A stretch of DNA of 64,000 bases from Neoechinorhynchus agilis (lineage: Eukaryota > Animalia > Acanthocephala), in assembly GCA_051530055.1 (NCBI GenBank), contig CM121342.1, positions 2,390,797 to 2,454,796 of the forward strand, read 5' to 3'. The notes beneath the pieces were generated by a model that saw only the letters and a list, made by a program, of their open reading frames with translations, was not told where the DNA came from and ran no database searches. The translations under genes and the position numbers were made by a program. Shown piece after piece: positions 35,956 to 49,100 of the stretch (position 1 is the first letter of the stretch; the number at the start of each line of letters is the position of its first letter).

Positions 35956-38900
35956 CTAATCTGAAACGAAAAAGCGTAGCTGTGAAGCAACAAAAAAGGC
36001 ACAAATCGTTCGTTGGTACAACAACAACTCGTGATTGGCTGAATGTTAAAAAGAACAGAGCGCCAATAATATCGACTAAAGAGGCGATTACGAAGACGGG
36101 CATCCAATTATATTGCCGGGAAGTTACGAGATGTGCCGAAAGTGGTCCAACTAAAATACCCGGAACGGTAGCGATCGTGTTTGATATTGCGAATGTAACT
36201 GCAGAGCTGCTCGGTGCCACGTCAACGTGGTTTATAAGGTGTCCGGCACTGTTGAACGCTAAAAGTCCCATCGAAGTTGTGACGAGGCTGAAACGTGAGG
36301 TTTTAAGCGTTAGCAATGGAGGAAACGCTTACGTTATAGCGTACAAAACGCTCGTCTTCACAAAAGCGAACGCCAAAATCAATAGACCAGGAATAAAAAG
36401 ACCCAATATCGTCATTAATCGCCGAGTTGATATAATCGATAGTCGGTAACGTCGAACGAGCACATCCGCGAGATGACCGGCACCTTAAAGCAAATGCGCG
36501 AGAGAGCGGAGAAACGAGATCTTTAAGAAATGAGGATTTCTTCCGTGTCGTCGGCTCGACGTCAAATGGTTTCCGAATTAAAACATACTGATTCGCTTCA
36601 ACATTTCCCAAATTACGAGAAAACTAGAAAAAACCTCGACTCGCTCGTGCTCTGAAGCTTAAAATATATACGGTTTCCATGACAACCTTGTACGATTTAA
36701 TAAAAGGACTTCATTTACGCCTTGAGCAAATATTAAGGAATCAAATTTAAATCTTCCACAACTACAAGTTCTCAGGCAATCCCGGATACTCGAGCCATAC
36801 AAAACGCTCAAAAACCTTTTTAGGCGAAAAATCTAAGTAAAATTTGTGTTTTATCGGCGAAAAAAAGGAAAGTGATGACATTGTAAAGGAGGAATCGCTA
36901 TCTTAAATGGCTAAAATTTTATTTTCTAAAATAATGACTGACCAGTGAATCGTAGAATGATTTATGGATAAATTTTGATTTACTCATCATGGTTTCGACA
37001 TTTCATTTTTTTATCACAGAAAATCCTTCGAGAGAATTGGAGGTGTGGTTATTGAGATGTTTCAAAAAAATAAAGGTAACAAACTTCGAGAATGGCGATC
37101 CCGAGTACCCGAGCCACAGAAAACAACCAAATACCCTTTTTTGTTGGACAAAAAATCTAAGTAAAATAAATTTTGAAAGCACCGAAATTATTTTTATTCG
37201 AGGGCCACTAACAATTTTTTAAAAAAAATACAACATACGAGAAAATCGATCTTCAGCATCCTGTGTTCGATGATTTCATGTTTGTAAAAATTTGTCGAAA
37301 TGTATAAATTAAGTTTTTTGCTTGCCGTTTTTTATAGTAAGAGATGCAATCTATTTTATTGAAAAAAAATCCAAATTGTATATTTTTTAGTGAGATTTAC
37401 ATTGTTCTCAGAATTTGAAACATTTTCAACGTTTTCTACACTATACAGGCCACTAAGATTTAGCGAAGAAAGATAAACTCATGAGAAGGTGAGGTGCTTA
37501 CATTGATTTCGGGCGAATGGAAACGACACGATAAAAATCCGATTTTCCGTGAACGCTCAAGAGAAACCCCGAGGCTTGTTAGCGATAAACGGCACTGTTA
37601 CGTCTTGGACTTAATATTTTTTGTGGAAAAGTGAACCCCAGTGCTTTAAATATGATATAGAGATACAGGTAATTCGAGTAGCACTCCTATCGCACATTAG
37701 AAAGCTCGATAAAGACTGAGAATATTGCCGTTTCGTTTTCCGGCAATAGATCCTTACAGAGCGAAAAATATCATGAGAGTAAGGCATCATTGTCGCATTT
37801 GTTAAAGAAGTAGTGCGATTAACGCGAAGCTGCATATTTACAGGAAAACGATGACTCCCGAACGCTTTGTTGGAAGCTAAAGTCATCGAAATCGTTCAAA
37901 TTTGAGTATAAGTCGCAAAATCGGGGAAAATCTTAATCGGATTCGACAAGACCGTTGTCCTCTACACAGAAAAGAGAAAATTCCAACTACTGAGAAAAGA
38001 GTCGATATACGCATATTGAAATGGCCAACACGATGGAACAGAAAACAATGGAAAAGTTTCCCTCCAATCACTTCTTTAGTTGACCTAAACACAGTCAGGG
38101 AGGCTGGGTTGACGATCCCAGGTCCCGAGTCAAAACGGAAACAATCATGGGTGTGTTGTGATGAATCCCTCTGTTATTTTAGATTCAATTGATAAAATAA
38201 CCGATTCAATCAGGAGAAATATCGTCTTTAATGCGATCTCCCTCGGATGTCGACGAGCGACCTAAACAATAACAAAGAAAAGATCCTTTGAATCATGGAG
38301 CAATTCGCGCCTAAAGCGTTTACCACAACGCGGTCCATCAAAAAAGAGAGAGAGAAATCAATAAACTATATTGATATTTGAAAAGTGTTATTTAATTAAG
38401 TCTTCACCCGGCCCGACAAGGTTCGAAAAGTCTTTAATAAAAAACTATTTACCGGGTGAAGACATTTGTAAACAATAATTCTCTAATCAATAAACTATAT
38501 TATTGATGGACAAAATAGCAATCTTCAATACAATATTTTGATCAATTGTAATTTAAGAAATTAATTACTGGTACACAGTTAATTAAATACGAAATCTAAA
38601 ATTTACAGCTGAAAAATCAAGATTGAACGAGGATCCATAGGTGATTTATCAAAAAAATACGTGTGATTAGTAATAAAAAAATCAGTGGTTTGTGAGCATA
38701 ATTCTCCGATTCAAGATTCATTTATTATTATGAAATATTTCGAAAAATTAAACCTCGCCTCATCAGTCATTGCTTGTAAGTTTTCATCCACGACAATCGA
38801 ATATTTACCATAACCGAAAAATCTTTTTGATATAATCCAAAAAGTTTGCTGTGAAATTCTTGAGCCGTTTGATCAACCAGAAAAAATCTTTAAAAAACAC

Positions 38901-41684
38901 AAGAGGGTGATATAAATTTGAACTAAATTTTTAGCAATATTTGGTAAGCACGAGTACGGTTGCCGTCAATATTACGAAGCCTAAAAACGTATTCGATCGC
39001 AGGACGGAAATGAAAACATCTGATGAATCTCTAAGATAAAAGACGTTTTACTTTGAGGGAAATGCGAAGTTTGAACGAAAACAAGACGCGCAGAATATAA
39101 TTTAGCTAAATATTAAGCACACACCAAGCTTAAAAACTAAATTTCGATATATTTTTTTGATTTCTATAATGTGATTTAACTTCAGTTTCAATTAGCGATT
39201 TTTGATTCAGAAATATATTTATATTGAAACTTTTCGGCCTTTTCGTTGGCCTTCACTCGGATATTTAAAAACTTACAATCAATTGACTGAAAAAGGTCAA
39301 CGAAAAGGCTGAAAAATTTCAATGTGATTTAACTTTCAGAGAAATGCGTCATATTTAAGAATTGTTCCTATTTAACAAAATTAAAAAAATCATACCGATA
39401 GCTCCGACGACATTGCTTATATAAGGAAGCGCCGTGAAGGATATATGTTTGTCACGAGCATTCAACACCAAGTGAAGGTAAGTTGGAAGCCAGTTTAAGA
39501 TTACATAACTTGACCAATTCATCGCGAAATGAGCAACATAAATCGCCCAAAGTGCAGTTGGTTCCAAATATTTCTTCAGAAATTGCCTGATTGTTATAGT
39601 CTGTAAAATGTTTCTAAAATACTAACGAGGTGCAATCAAATCTGACTTGATGTTGTGATTTTTGATCGACCGATTCAATAAGCGATGAGGATCTCGAGTA
39701 CCATGAAACACACCATATAAGTCCTAGTAGACCGAAAGTTCCGAATGACAAACGCCAATCAATATGAGGACATACCTAAATTCAATCATCAAATATTTTT
39801 TTAGAAACTGAAGTGTACATTCGAGGGAAAATATACTTTTTTCTTAGTTTTGCCACCCCAATATTTCTCCTCTCGGAACATTCTCCGGCATTTCCTCTCA
39901 AGGTTTGTGATGGCTATTTAGAAAAACTTAAAAGCAATCACAAGCCTTGCGAGTAAGTGTCGGAGAATTATCCGAGAGGTGAAATATCTGGGAAAATATA
40001 GATTAGTAAATCCGGCAGGGTGGCAAAACTACCAAAAAAGAAAGGAAATAAATATATTATTCACCATTAGAAAAAAATTCAGAATTGTCTCTGAAATAAA
40101 GTGTCATAATTGTGGGTTATATCTTTTAAGAGAGAGAATCATGTTGCTGTTTGATATTTGTCTGAAATCGAGAGAGATTGCAGAAACTCTTTTCCAGCTG
40201 AAAAAAGCCGATTCTTTGAAATAGCAATTTTTCTAAATTTCTTGTCCAAGATGAGGGACATTGCTTATGAACGAGCAATTCGGGACTGAGAAGGACGACG
40301 GATTGCGACACTTATGAACTATGAGTTCTCGGTATGATGACAAATACTGCTACGTACTTCAGACAGCCCGATACATACTCTCTCTCTTCAGGACGACGTT
40401 GAACGAGAATGCGGAAAACTTTGGTTGACGGTACACGAAACTACACTGTGGAGAGTTTTCTAGTGACAGGATGATTTATGGCTGTTTTCGGTGTTCAAAA
40501 ACTTTGATAGTGACTCTCTCTCTGCAGTGAAAAATTTAAATCGAAACAATATTCGAGCTCTGTAACCAAAATGCAAGCTGAAAAGTTGTAGTTTTGCAGA
40601 AAAACAATAGAATTAAGAAATTTTATTGCTTTAGAGTCGAACAAAGAATTTCAATGACCACCTGATGGTTTGACACGGAACAAATATTTAAAATTCATGA
40701 TCCTTTCAGCTGATATGCCACGATCCTTCACATATTAAAACTCAGCACCTGAGGAAGTCTGACAAGAGACGAATGAAGTATTGAGAATTAATAAATCAAT
40801 ATTTATTATTCTCATCACTGAAAAAAACCACATATATAAATGAACAACTTCTTTATTCGAATATTTCGTAATCCCAAATTTATTTCTCTAATAATAGCAG
40901 AAAATAAAACAAAAGTATTAGCTCAATTAAAACCAGATAAAAATTATTTTGATTCTTAAAACAGACGAATATTATAAGCATAAAAGATGCAAGTACATTT
41001 TGCGTATAGAAAAAAATCCTTTTACTTTTTATCTCGGAAAATAGTGTCATAATTTTTTTAAACTATTTTAAAGCTACTTGAGCAAAAAAATCAAGACGGA
41101 AAATAACTTTTCCGGTAAAATTCTTTGTAGATTAAATTGCTTTCCGGCGAATGACGTATTAATTGGAAGTAATTTAAAGTCAATACTTACTAGAGCCGCC
41201 AAGGTCTGTCCAATCGCAGCACTCGCCGTCAAATAAGCGAAAGCTTTTGAACGTTGGCTCGATTGAGTGTTCGTTGCAAGGATGTGATATATTGTAGGAA
41301 GTCCTATAATAAAAGAAATAGTTCAAATAACTGACGAATGAGCTCACCGACTCCTTCAGCGAGTCCAAGATTGATTCTTACCAAACAAACGAGACTCGTT
41401 CTTCCTTGAGAGAATTCAGGAACTATCCAAGTGAGCAAAGTGAACAAACTCCACACGAAGACACACCATCCCAGGGTTCGCCGAGATCCAAATTTCTTAA
41501 TTAAATAATGAGAAAACAATTGGGATGATATATATCCACAAGAAAATGCAGAAAGCATAAGACCCTGCTCGTGAAGACTCCATTTGTAAATAGAGGCCAT
41601 TTTCACTATTGCGACCGGAAAAATTGCTCGATCCGCTGAATTTATAAAATTTGCCAATGAGCACATTGTCACAATCGATTCCAT
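35956..41684 (-). CDS. SLC17A9: SLC17A9/VNUT-like MFS anion transporter
   Basis: Exons 41684-41348, 41303-41191, 39775-39647, 39600-39396, 36483-36333 and 36287 onward join in frame via GT-AG introns (44, 1415, 46, 2912, 45 nt). Motifs ADR, WLPTY, GHLAD, NHVDVAP, AISNT. The 3' end is ambiguous. Confidence 0.85.
38400..38480 (+). repeat. Truncated hammerhead-family unit closed by a 12-bp hairpin
   Basis: GTCTTCACCCGG...CCGGGTGAAGAC encloses ccgacaaggttcgaaaagtctttaataaa. Confidence 0.6.
39223..39323. repeat. Imperfect ~32-bp inverted repeat in an SLC17A9 intron
   Basis: attgaaacttttcggccttttcgttggcctt pairs with aaggtcaacgaaaaggctgaaaaatttcaat. Confidence 0.65.
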
Positions 41685-42060
41685 CTCACTTGAAAAGCAT
41701 CCATAAAATGCATCTTGTGCTTATAATCGTAAAAATAAAGGACTTTCGTGGAGATTGTCGCCCTTTCTCGAGAACGAGAGAAGTATCGATTGGTACTTAA
41801 CTCTAGCATTGATATTCTTTTTTATAAAAATTTTAATATATACGAAAGTGATATACGTATTCGAGAATTTTAGAGTTCAAGCAAAAACTAAATGGTCAGG
41901 TAATTGATTTTATTCGGAAGTCGAATCTTTAATCACATGATCTGAATAGCGAACAATGCTAGAAAACATCTCAGGACGGAATCAATTGGTTTTAAAAATA
42001 AAAAGCAATAACACCAAAGGAAAGAATTTTTTGAGGCAGTAAATGGAATAACACTTTAGA

Positions 42061-42785
42061 TCACCATTCACACCACTGCTCTGGATCACTCAGCTGCCGT
42101 CCTGGTGTAATGGTCGAAAAGACGGATGCAACGTCCCTTCCTGTTGCCAAGCCAGACTTACGCTTTGTAGGAGGAATGTCTTCGGTTCGAACGTGGTGTC
42201 ATAAAGAAGGCATTTGCCTCCCCTCGCCACGAGAATACTGTGACACCGCCCGGTCTACTACCATCGAGTCGGCAAAGATTGCTCGGCTCTCAGATGTTGG
42301 GCGCATTCACAGTGTTCAGGGCATGACTAAGAGCATTGCGTTCATTTCGACGTTTCGTGAGTACCGTCCGCCTGATTGCCGACAGACGAGACCATGGTGT
42401 CCCGGTGGTTCCACGGTCGCTCCAAAATGGAAAATTTTCACCGTCTCCTTCTCGAGTGTCTCCAAATCGCGCAGTACTACGGAGGGGTTACCTCCGATCG
42501 TGGCATCGTCCAGTTACCAGCCATTAAAAATGGACTGGAGAGAGTGCACGACGGAATTGACTGCGAGATAGAAGGCTGCTGGGCCCAAAGGATTCCCTTC
42601 CTACACCACTCTTTCTGACCATAAAACGTGATTATTGAACAACAAGGGAGTTGCAGTCCCTTGAAGCATTAACGAAATAGCGAAATACTTCTGGTGCGTG
42701 TTCTCCAACTACTTCAAGCAAATCTGCTCAGTGAACTGTGTTGAATGCATTTTTGAAATCACATTTCAAGATCGCGCAGCCCCAG
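42061..42785 (-). mobile_element. CRE-clade retrotransposon, internally deleted, 3' end intact
   Basis: Minus strand: KCDFKNAFNTV, EGNPLGPAAF, W*LDDATIGG (RT), then a jump to GHHGLVCRQSGG...DGSRP (Zn finger/RLE) and the 3' UTR. Confidence 0.85.
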
Positions 42786-42908
42786 GGATTTTTTCTTGAT
42801 TTTAAGTGAGAAAATGCACAATTAAACAATTATCATACGACTAAAACACTAGTTTAATCTATTAATAACATGATTTTTATAGCTAAAATCTGGAATGTTT
42901 CGTAGATC

Positions 42909-43459
42909 CTAAATTTTACGATTTACGACATTTTTGAACCGGTCAAACATCATCATCATAAACTGAAATCCCATGCGATCCATTTTGGCAAGGCACTCAA
43001 TGTATGGATCGAAGCATTTGGCTATTTCGAGAACATGTTTATCCGGTAGATGCTTTGGCGGCTTTCCTATTTTCGTATATTTTTCGTATAGTTTATCCCT
43101 TGTTTTTAGAAGCTTAATGATGTCTCCATCCTGATATCGTTGCAATAACATCCTTCGTTTAACTTTATCAGATTAAGAAGGTTTCCAAAAATCCCATTGA
43201 AATATCGGAGCACATCATCGCGAACTGGAACGTCCTCTACAGCCGTCGTATTTATTATACTTTGAAGGTACGAGGACGGATCTGTTGCCATTGTAGTTTT
43301 AGAATTTGCCCCTGGGATTTCCTGGTTCGAATGCTTTTTTAAGTATTCCATTTTCAGTTCCGTTTTCAAAGCATTTTGGTTTGAGGCTCGACCACAAGTG
43401 ACTGTGAATGGATAGAGTAGAAAAGAAAGGAGCACGGTGAAGATAGAATAATACATCAA
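42909..43459 (-). CDS. Putative secreted orphan protein split by one frameshift
   Basis: A signal-peptide-like N-terminus in ORF 43106..43459 overlaps ORF 42909..43151 in another frame. No intron of normal size explains the shift. Confidence 0.4.
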
Positions 43460-44939
43460 TAAATACCTTAGTATAATACTTCCTAGTATATAATTTGGAG
43501 ATGTTAAATAGTTCGAAGATTGTGTACTAGCAACTAAAAGATATATTGACTATAAACAAACTTAGTTTCCTATGGCAAATATAATTCTGTAAACATCGAG
43601 TGAACGAAAATACACCGTGAATAAATAAAAATGTGAAATCTCAAAAGTGAAAATTATATTAGCGGGATGAAAAGCATTGAGTAAAATTTTCGTCAAAAGA
43701 ACTTATTCGCTCTTTTATTTATGTGGTCAGAGATAATTCAGAAACATAACCAGTGGAAAACACTAGTCTAGGAAACAGAAGAGAGAATCCCTATCTTTAC
43801 TAATTTGGTCATAAAATTCAGTTGTTAAATTTTTTTCCATTTATGTATTAAAAAGAGAACATTTTGGGGTTTCTTGATAAGTTTTGCCACAAGTAGAGTT
43901 TGTTTCGCCGATTGGGAAATCATATGATTAAAATAAACTAATGACATATTCCAAAATGCACCTAATTCAGCTAGATTAGAATTATTAAGTTTAAGTAACT
44001 TTGATTGATTCAAAATAAATAAGTCCTCTAGAGTCAGGCCCGATGTAGGAAACATTATAAGATCATGTCTCAAAAAGTGGTTGAGACTAAATTTTTTATA
44101 TGGGCGTGAAATCCATCGATATATTGTTTTTTTATAACAGCACCGTCAATAAATGTCTCCTTCGTAATTATTGAAAAAATGGTCTTAACGCTGATAGAAA
44201 ATTAGAGCTAAAGTGCTCAATAATAAAGTATAAGTTCCAAAATGACAAGAACGAAGAAAATTGTCTTGTGAATTTGGTCATGTTGCGAGGATGGATTGAA
44301 ATATTCTCCTTTAAAAAGTGGGGTTGCAGTGATGAAGTTTGATCATGAAACGAGCTTAGTGTGATAATAATTTGCATAGAGAAAAGTTCGTTGTTGGCTG
44401 ATGACTGATGTTTCGGTTTAAATGACTTGTTAGTGAAAATTTGCAATCGACCTGAAAAGCCAATGAAAGCGTTGGTGTGTGAAGTTGAGGGATTAATAAA
44501 GAAACCTTCATAGATGTGCGAAAAAATTTACGGTAGAGAACCCTTCTTGAGAACAAACGATCTCCGGCGTTTTCTTAGATATACTATTAAGAATGGAAGT
44601 CGGCAATTTATATGCCCGCGACGCATTGTAAGTGGATCAAGAAAATTGTTTTAGAGGTAAAGTATTAATAGCCATTTAAGGTCTGATTTGAAACAAGAGC
44701 CCCTCGAATTAGAATTAGACGAGTGTTTTCTCTTCCCTCTTTCGGAATCGACTATTTGGAAGGTTCGGGAGATATCCTAATAATCTTTTAGTTAGGGAAA
44801 CATTATAAATTTGGGCAATGATCCAATTAATTATCTTCTTTAGGATAGGGATATCTTGCATGGGATAACGCGAGATTTCGATCTCGTTATGAGTTTGCGG
44901 CCAGAAGATCATCACTTTATCCCAAAACGAGAACTTGCT

Positions 44940-45560
44940 CCAAAGATTCTGTACAAGGTCATATTTACATCAATTCTTGTTGGGCAATGTTAACATCCCA
45001 TTTTTTCAAAACTGTTTTCAAGGTTGAAAAAAGCGGATTTCTAGTTTCCATTCCTTACATCTTCTACTGGCTAATGACTCTGATCAGCGGAGTAATGTGT
45101 AATAAACTTATTAGCACCGGAACAATGGATCGTACAATGGCACGAAAAGTCTTTACAGCACTCGGGAACTTTCTACCTAGAATTTTCATATTCCTTGCAG
45201 GATTTGTGACCTCCAAAACAGCTTGGGCCGGTACCTTGCTGTTTACGCTGGTCTTGGCAACGATAGGATTTAGTACAGGAGGTGGGATTAGCAGCGACAT
45301 GGTACCAAGATTTGCTGGCATTATCTGGGGCATTTCTAACTAGTTTGAATCCTGCCTGGAGTATTGTGCCCGACAATGGTCGGGGTGATAGTGAAAGATG
45401 GATTGGCAAGTCAGTTTGTGCTGTTTGCTCTTTCATTTCGGGATTATTCTTTATATTGACGGGAACCGCTGAGGTGCAGATATGGACTCTCGATAAGGGC
45501 GAAATCGAGATAGATGAATTGAAAGAGGATGATGAAAGAATGAATGATGTTTGTTTTCAA
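44940..45560 (+). pseudogene. SLC17 (sialin-like) transporter pseudogene, C-terminal half
   Basis: SGFLVSIPY, RKVFTALG, DMVPRFAGIIWGISN, then a TAG stop and frameshifts (ILPGVLCPTMVG, TAEVQIW in other frames). No introns. Confidence 0.75.
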
Positions 45561-45719
45561 ATGTTCAACTATGGCTTTTTTAAACCATCCGCGGTTCCAA
45601 ACGACCCGAGCGTATCGACGTCAAAGGGAACAAAATAATGATTTCGACTCAGGTCCCTGTATTTTGTCTTTTTGCGTTCCTAATTGGCGGTTGCTGCTCC
45701 CCCGGTTTAATAGCGGCGA

Positions 45720-46200
45720 ATTTTATGTTGCTGTCCGCGAATGGCGTCCCAGAAAAGACATTTTACCCTAGCCACGGGAATCCCGGTCTACTACCATCGA
45801 GTCGGCAAAGATTGCTCGGCTCTCAGATGGTGGGCGCATTCACAGTATTCAGGGCATGACTAAGAGCATTGCGTTCATTTCGACGTTTCGTGAGTACCGT
45901 CCGCCTGATTGCCGACAGACGAGACCATGGTGTCCCGGTGGTTCCACGGTCGCTCCAAAACGGCAGCGAATTGCACATCGGCACCCCAAGTCTCAGTAGG
46001 ACACTGCAATCCTTACTGTCTCGTCGGAAAGAAGGCTACTCCCAGAAAAACCGAGTTAAGTGGTTCGAATCCGTTACCACCAATGACGCACAGCCAAAGG
46101 GGACGAAATACCGCTGAAGGGAGAAAACTCACTGATGAGTCCCGCCTCCTGGAGGTATCTGAGGATCCGGAGGAATGTACAAACTCTTAACCGACATTAG
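45720..46200 (-). mobile_element. CRE-clade remnant, internally deleted
   Basis: Minus strand: SLLSDETVRIAVS, GATVEPPGHHGLVCR. 45775-45960 is near-identical to 42230-42425. Confidence 0.8.
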
Positions 46201-46359
46201 AGACTATGTGATTATATCACTTCTCTGATGTAATTGGTTTGGCTTTATGCCTAAATAAATAAGCCGGACAAGAAAGGGATTGTCTAAAATTGAATGAACA
46301 CTTTAGAACGTTAAAGGGTCAGTTAAGGTGTGCGATCTTCTTATTCTGAGAGAAAATGA

Positions 46360-46800
46360 ACGTGAGGCCAGTCGCCAATCGAGTTCGGGTCAACAGGCCA
46401 CGATAATCTGAAATTAAAGAGTTACGAATTCTCGCTACCATGGGTTAGTCCCAGACTTATTGTTTGCAAGCATTGACGGGGACCTGCTCGCTGCCTGAAT
46501 ATCCACACCAAAGATTAAGCGCCTCCACGAAATCTTCATCCAAAGTGTAATTCTCGCCAAGAATGGATTTAACCACTTTGCGGCTTGCTTCATACGATCC
46601 CAAATAAACTGGCAGAGAAATATCGGCTGCTTTTCGGATACCCAAACCGCCTAATGAAACAGGCAAGGACGCGCGACGTCAGGCCTTGTCCGACAGCTGA
46701 GTATTTAAAATTTTCTCGAGAGAGGCTTTCACCTTCTGGTCTAGGGATCCCCTTCTTGAACTCCTCTTTCTCAGCACAAAACGTGATTATTGAACAGCAA
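46360..46800 (-). mobile_element. CRE-clade remnant (post-RT region)
   Basis: SLEKILNTQLSDKA*RRASLPVSLGGLGIRKAADISLPVYLGSY matches 58.2-58.3 kb. Confidence 0.85.
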
Positions 46801-47136
46801 CTTTTTTAAATTCCAAATAAATAATTCGTTATCAATTATGCAACAATCACATCCCATTTACTTTTCTATGCAAAAACGAAGAAGAGTGTCACTTTTTATT
46901 TTTCGATGATGTGCTTAATGTTTTAAGACTTGTAAATTATCTTGCAAATTTTTATAGAGGAAATGTGCATTTGGCTCCAGATTTGCTGACGATAACTCGT
47001 TGATAAATTTTTCACTAAATTAACGCTACAGCTTCTTCTATTATATTGAAGCAATTCGTAATTTTCGAAATAAAAGCGACTAGAATTTACTTCCACTGGT
47101 GCATGTTCTAAACTATTTTTTATATCTTCTTTGAAA

Positions 47137-47422
47137 GTTTGCTATATTTGAAGCAAGATTTAATATTATGGTTGCAAAATGGTTTTTATATGTCGGAAAA
47201 TTTAAAGGAATTTATTGATTCCGATATGTCGGCGCAATATTGTGCTTTTGTCAAGGTTTTCAAAGAGTTTTAGTCGCTGACATTCAAGTGCGAATAAAAC
47301 ATTTTAACAACCTTGATAAAGGCACAATATAATGCTGAAATATTGGAATCAATAAATCCTTTTAGTTTTGCACCGGCATACAAAAAACATTAATGGTTGT
47401 AAAATTGTTAAAGTATAGCAAA
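47137..47422. mobile_element. Degenerate fold-back/MITE-like element
   Basis: Long imperfect inverted arms, e.g. aaaggaatttattgattcc/ggaatcaataaatccttt and gtttgctata/tatagcaaac. Confidence 0.6.
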
Positions 47423-47607
47423 CAAGTATCAAAAAGGTTTTATTGCCTTTTATACGATTTCCTATACTTTTTATCCCTTTATGACGTGAAAAATATTATT
47501 AAGGAGATCTTTATGATAGATTATGCAAATTACGAATCAGCGAAAATGCGATAAATAAATTTTACGAACATAATTAACGTTCAATAATTAAGATAAACTT
47601 TTAAAGC

Positions 47608-47690
47608 ATTCACACCACCGCTCTTGATCACTCAGCTGCCGTCCGGGTTTAATATTTTAAAGGACGGATACAACGTTCCACCGTGTCACT
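47608..47690 (-). mobile_element. CRE 3' UTR relic
   Basis: Matches 42067-42135 (attcacaccac.gctct.gatcactcagctgccgtcc). Confidence 0.65.
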
Positions 47691-48198
47691 TGCTCAATCA
47701 ATTTTTTAATCGCGTCTCATTGATTACGAGATTAATCATGTCGAGAAATCATTCCCTAAACCGACTTTTCGAATAATTTTTACACAGAATGATAAAAGAT
47801 AAAATAATTATGCTTTAATTAAGACTAAATTAATTGTTCTTAATAAGGAATTGCGTAAGTTTTAACTTCAGTGTTACCTAATCAGTTTTTTTTATCATAA
47901 CATGGAACGCAATTTTATTGGCTGTACTAATTGCTCGAGGCTAGAAGCGTTTCTCATAATTTTTTCGTTTACTTAGCTTTCGCGAAACACCGGTCATCAA
48001 TTAGCTTCACATATCGTGAGTACATTGCAACAATTTTACTGTCGTATTTGTCACAATATTTTACTTTGGTTTCGGTTACATCTTTCCTCGATATAATCAT
48101 AAAATATTCTTTGCGGTTTTTCGAATTTCAATATTATTGATAGTTTTTCTTGGAAGCTTCAAATTTTCATCTTTGTATCATTTCTGTTTATTACACAA

Positions 48199-48831
48199 AT
48201 GAACGACACTTACTTCAAATCCTTCATGAATATGGACAACCGCAAAAGATCCCTAACGGTTAAGTCACTTATTCCACCAATGAAAAAGCTGCGGTTAAAC
48301 GACGATGATACAGAGCCTCCCGAAAGTGAAAAACAAAGAATAATAAACGAAGCAGGTGGACCAAAATCTCATCCAAGCGACACAAATGCATCGCCTTTAC
48401 TCGTATTGCTGCTCAGACAACGATTTTGGAAAAGCGTATCGTCAAAATCAAAACCGACATACAAAGCACCACAGAAAACTTATTCTGAGATATCGTCAAT
48501 GTCGATAGAGTCCTTAAAAAATTATGTCGAGCACATAAGTGAAATGGATCGTTATAACCGGATAATTAAAAAACCTCATCCCATGGAACTATTGTCGTAT
48601 ATTTATCGAGTGGCACTGTACGTAGCCATTAAAAAGACAAGAGAGGTGTATATGCATGAATTACTCGCGTTCAAAGCAGTTCTACCATCGGCGAGGGGTA
48701 AAGGTCTCGCTGAATGGGTGCCCACCACGAGAAGTTTCTTGAAGAGAAAATGCGTTCCCGATCCTTTAATAGATAGAATCATGTTAAAGGTTTATGAATA
48801 TAGAGATGTCTATATTCAGGATCACGTTTAA
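48199..48831 (+). CDS. Intronless orphan protein, paralogue of 53109..53702
   Basis: 210-aa ATG ORF. A gapless 52-aa C-terminal block has 23 identities with the 53109 protein. NES-like motif VKSLIPPMKKLRL. Confidence 0.8.
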   Translation: MNDTYFKSFMNMDNRKRSLTVKSLIPPMKKLRLNDDDTEPPESEKQRIINEAGGPKSHPSDTNASPLLVLLLRQRFWKSVSSKSKPTYKAPQKTYSEISSMSIESLKNYVEHISEMDRYNRIIKKPHPMELLSYIYRVALYVAIKKTREVYMHELLAFKAVLPSARGKGLAEWVPTTRSFLKRKCVPDPLIDRIMLKVYEYRDVYIQDHV

Positions 48832-49013
48832 CGACAGCGCAAATGTCTTATAATATGTTTTTGTAAGAATGAGTGTAGAATCATTTATGTTACCGATTTT
48901 TTTATAAGTAAAAAATATATATTGATTAGTTTATGTGCTTGATCTCGATATTGCATGTGGGCAAAGCGCTATCAAAATATTGCACCACCCTAATTCCAAA
49001 TTTAACTGATTAA

Positions 49014-49093
49014 AGATGGACTTTTTTCCAAAATATTTTATTCGATCATTGATGTGTCCAATCGAATAAAATATTTTGGAAAAAAGTCTATCT
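49014..49093. repeat. 33-bp stem, 14-nt loop hairpin
   Basis: 49014-49046 pairs with 49061-49093 with a single G-T wobble. Confidence 0.85.
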
Positions 49094-49100
49094 TATACAA

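Noticed and set aside
40741-40785. Isolated hammerhead-like motif CTGAGGA A GTCT..AGAC GAAT
   Set aside because: GAAA is mutated and stems I and III do not pair; at most an old relic.
42096-42200. tRNA-derived SINE (A-box-like TGGTGTAATGG, B-box-like GGTTCGAAC), also at 31870 and 47640
   Set aside because: No cloverleaf forms. The opposite strand is the C-terminal coding region and 3' UTR of the CRE element (it matches 29660-29790), so the boxes are coincidental.
43560-44700. Possible further decayed retroelement or coding sequence
   Set aside because: Only vague motif resemblance; no family could be supported.
46060-46075. tRNA T-loop motif GGTTCGAATCC
   Set aside because: No acceptor, D or anticodon arms; lies inside the CRE remnant.
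46098-46144. Type II hammerhead (GGGAC GAAA ... CTGATGA GTCCC) or HDV-like ribozyme; similar at 6930-6990
   Set aside because: There is no NUH cleavage site or complete stem III. The segment lies antisense within a CRE remnant and seems to derive from its coding sequence.
42110-46190. Duplicated plus-strand ORFs (MRSFRRFVSTV..., MPTDETMVSRW...) as a gene family
   Set aside because: Antisense to duplicated CRE Zn-finger/RLE sequence.
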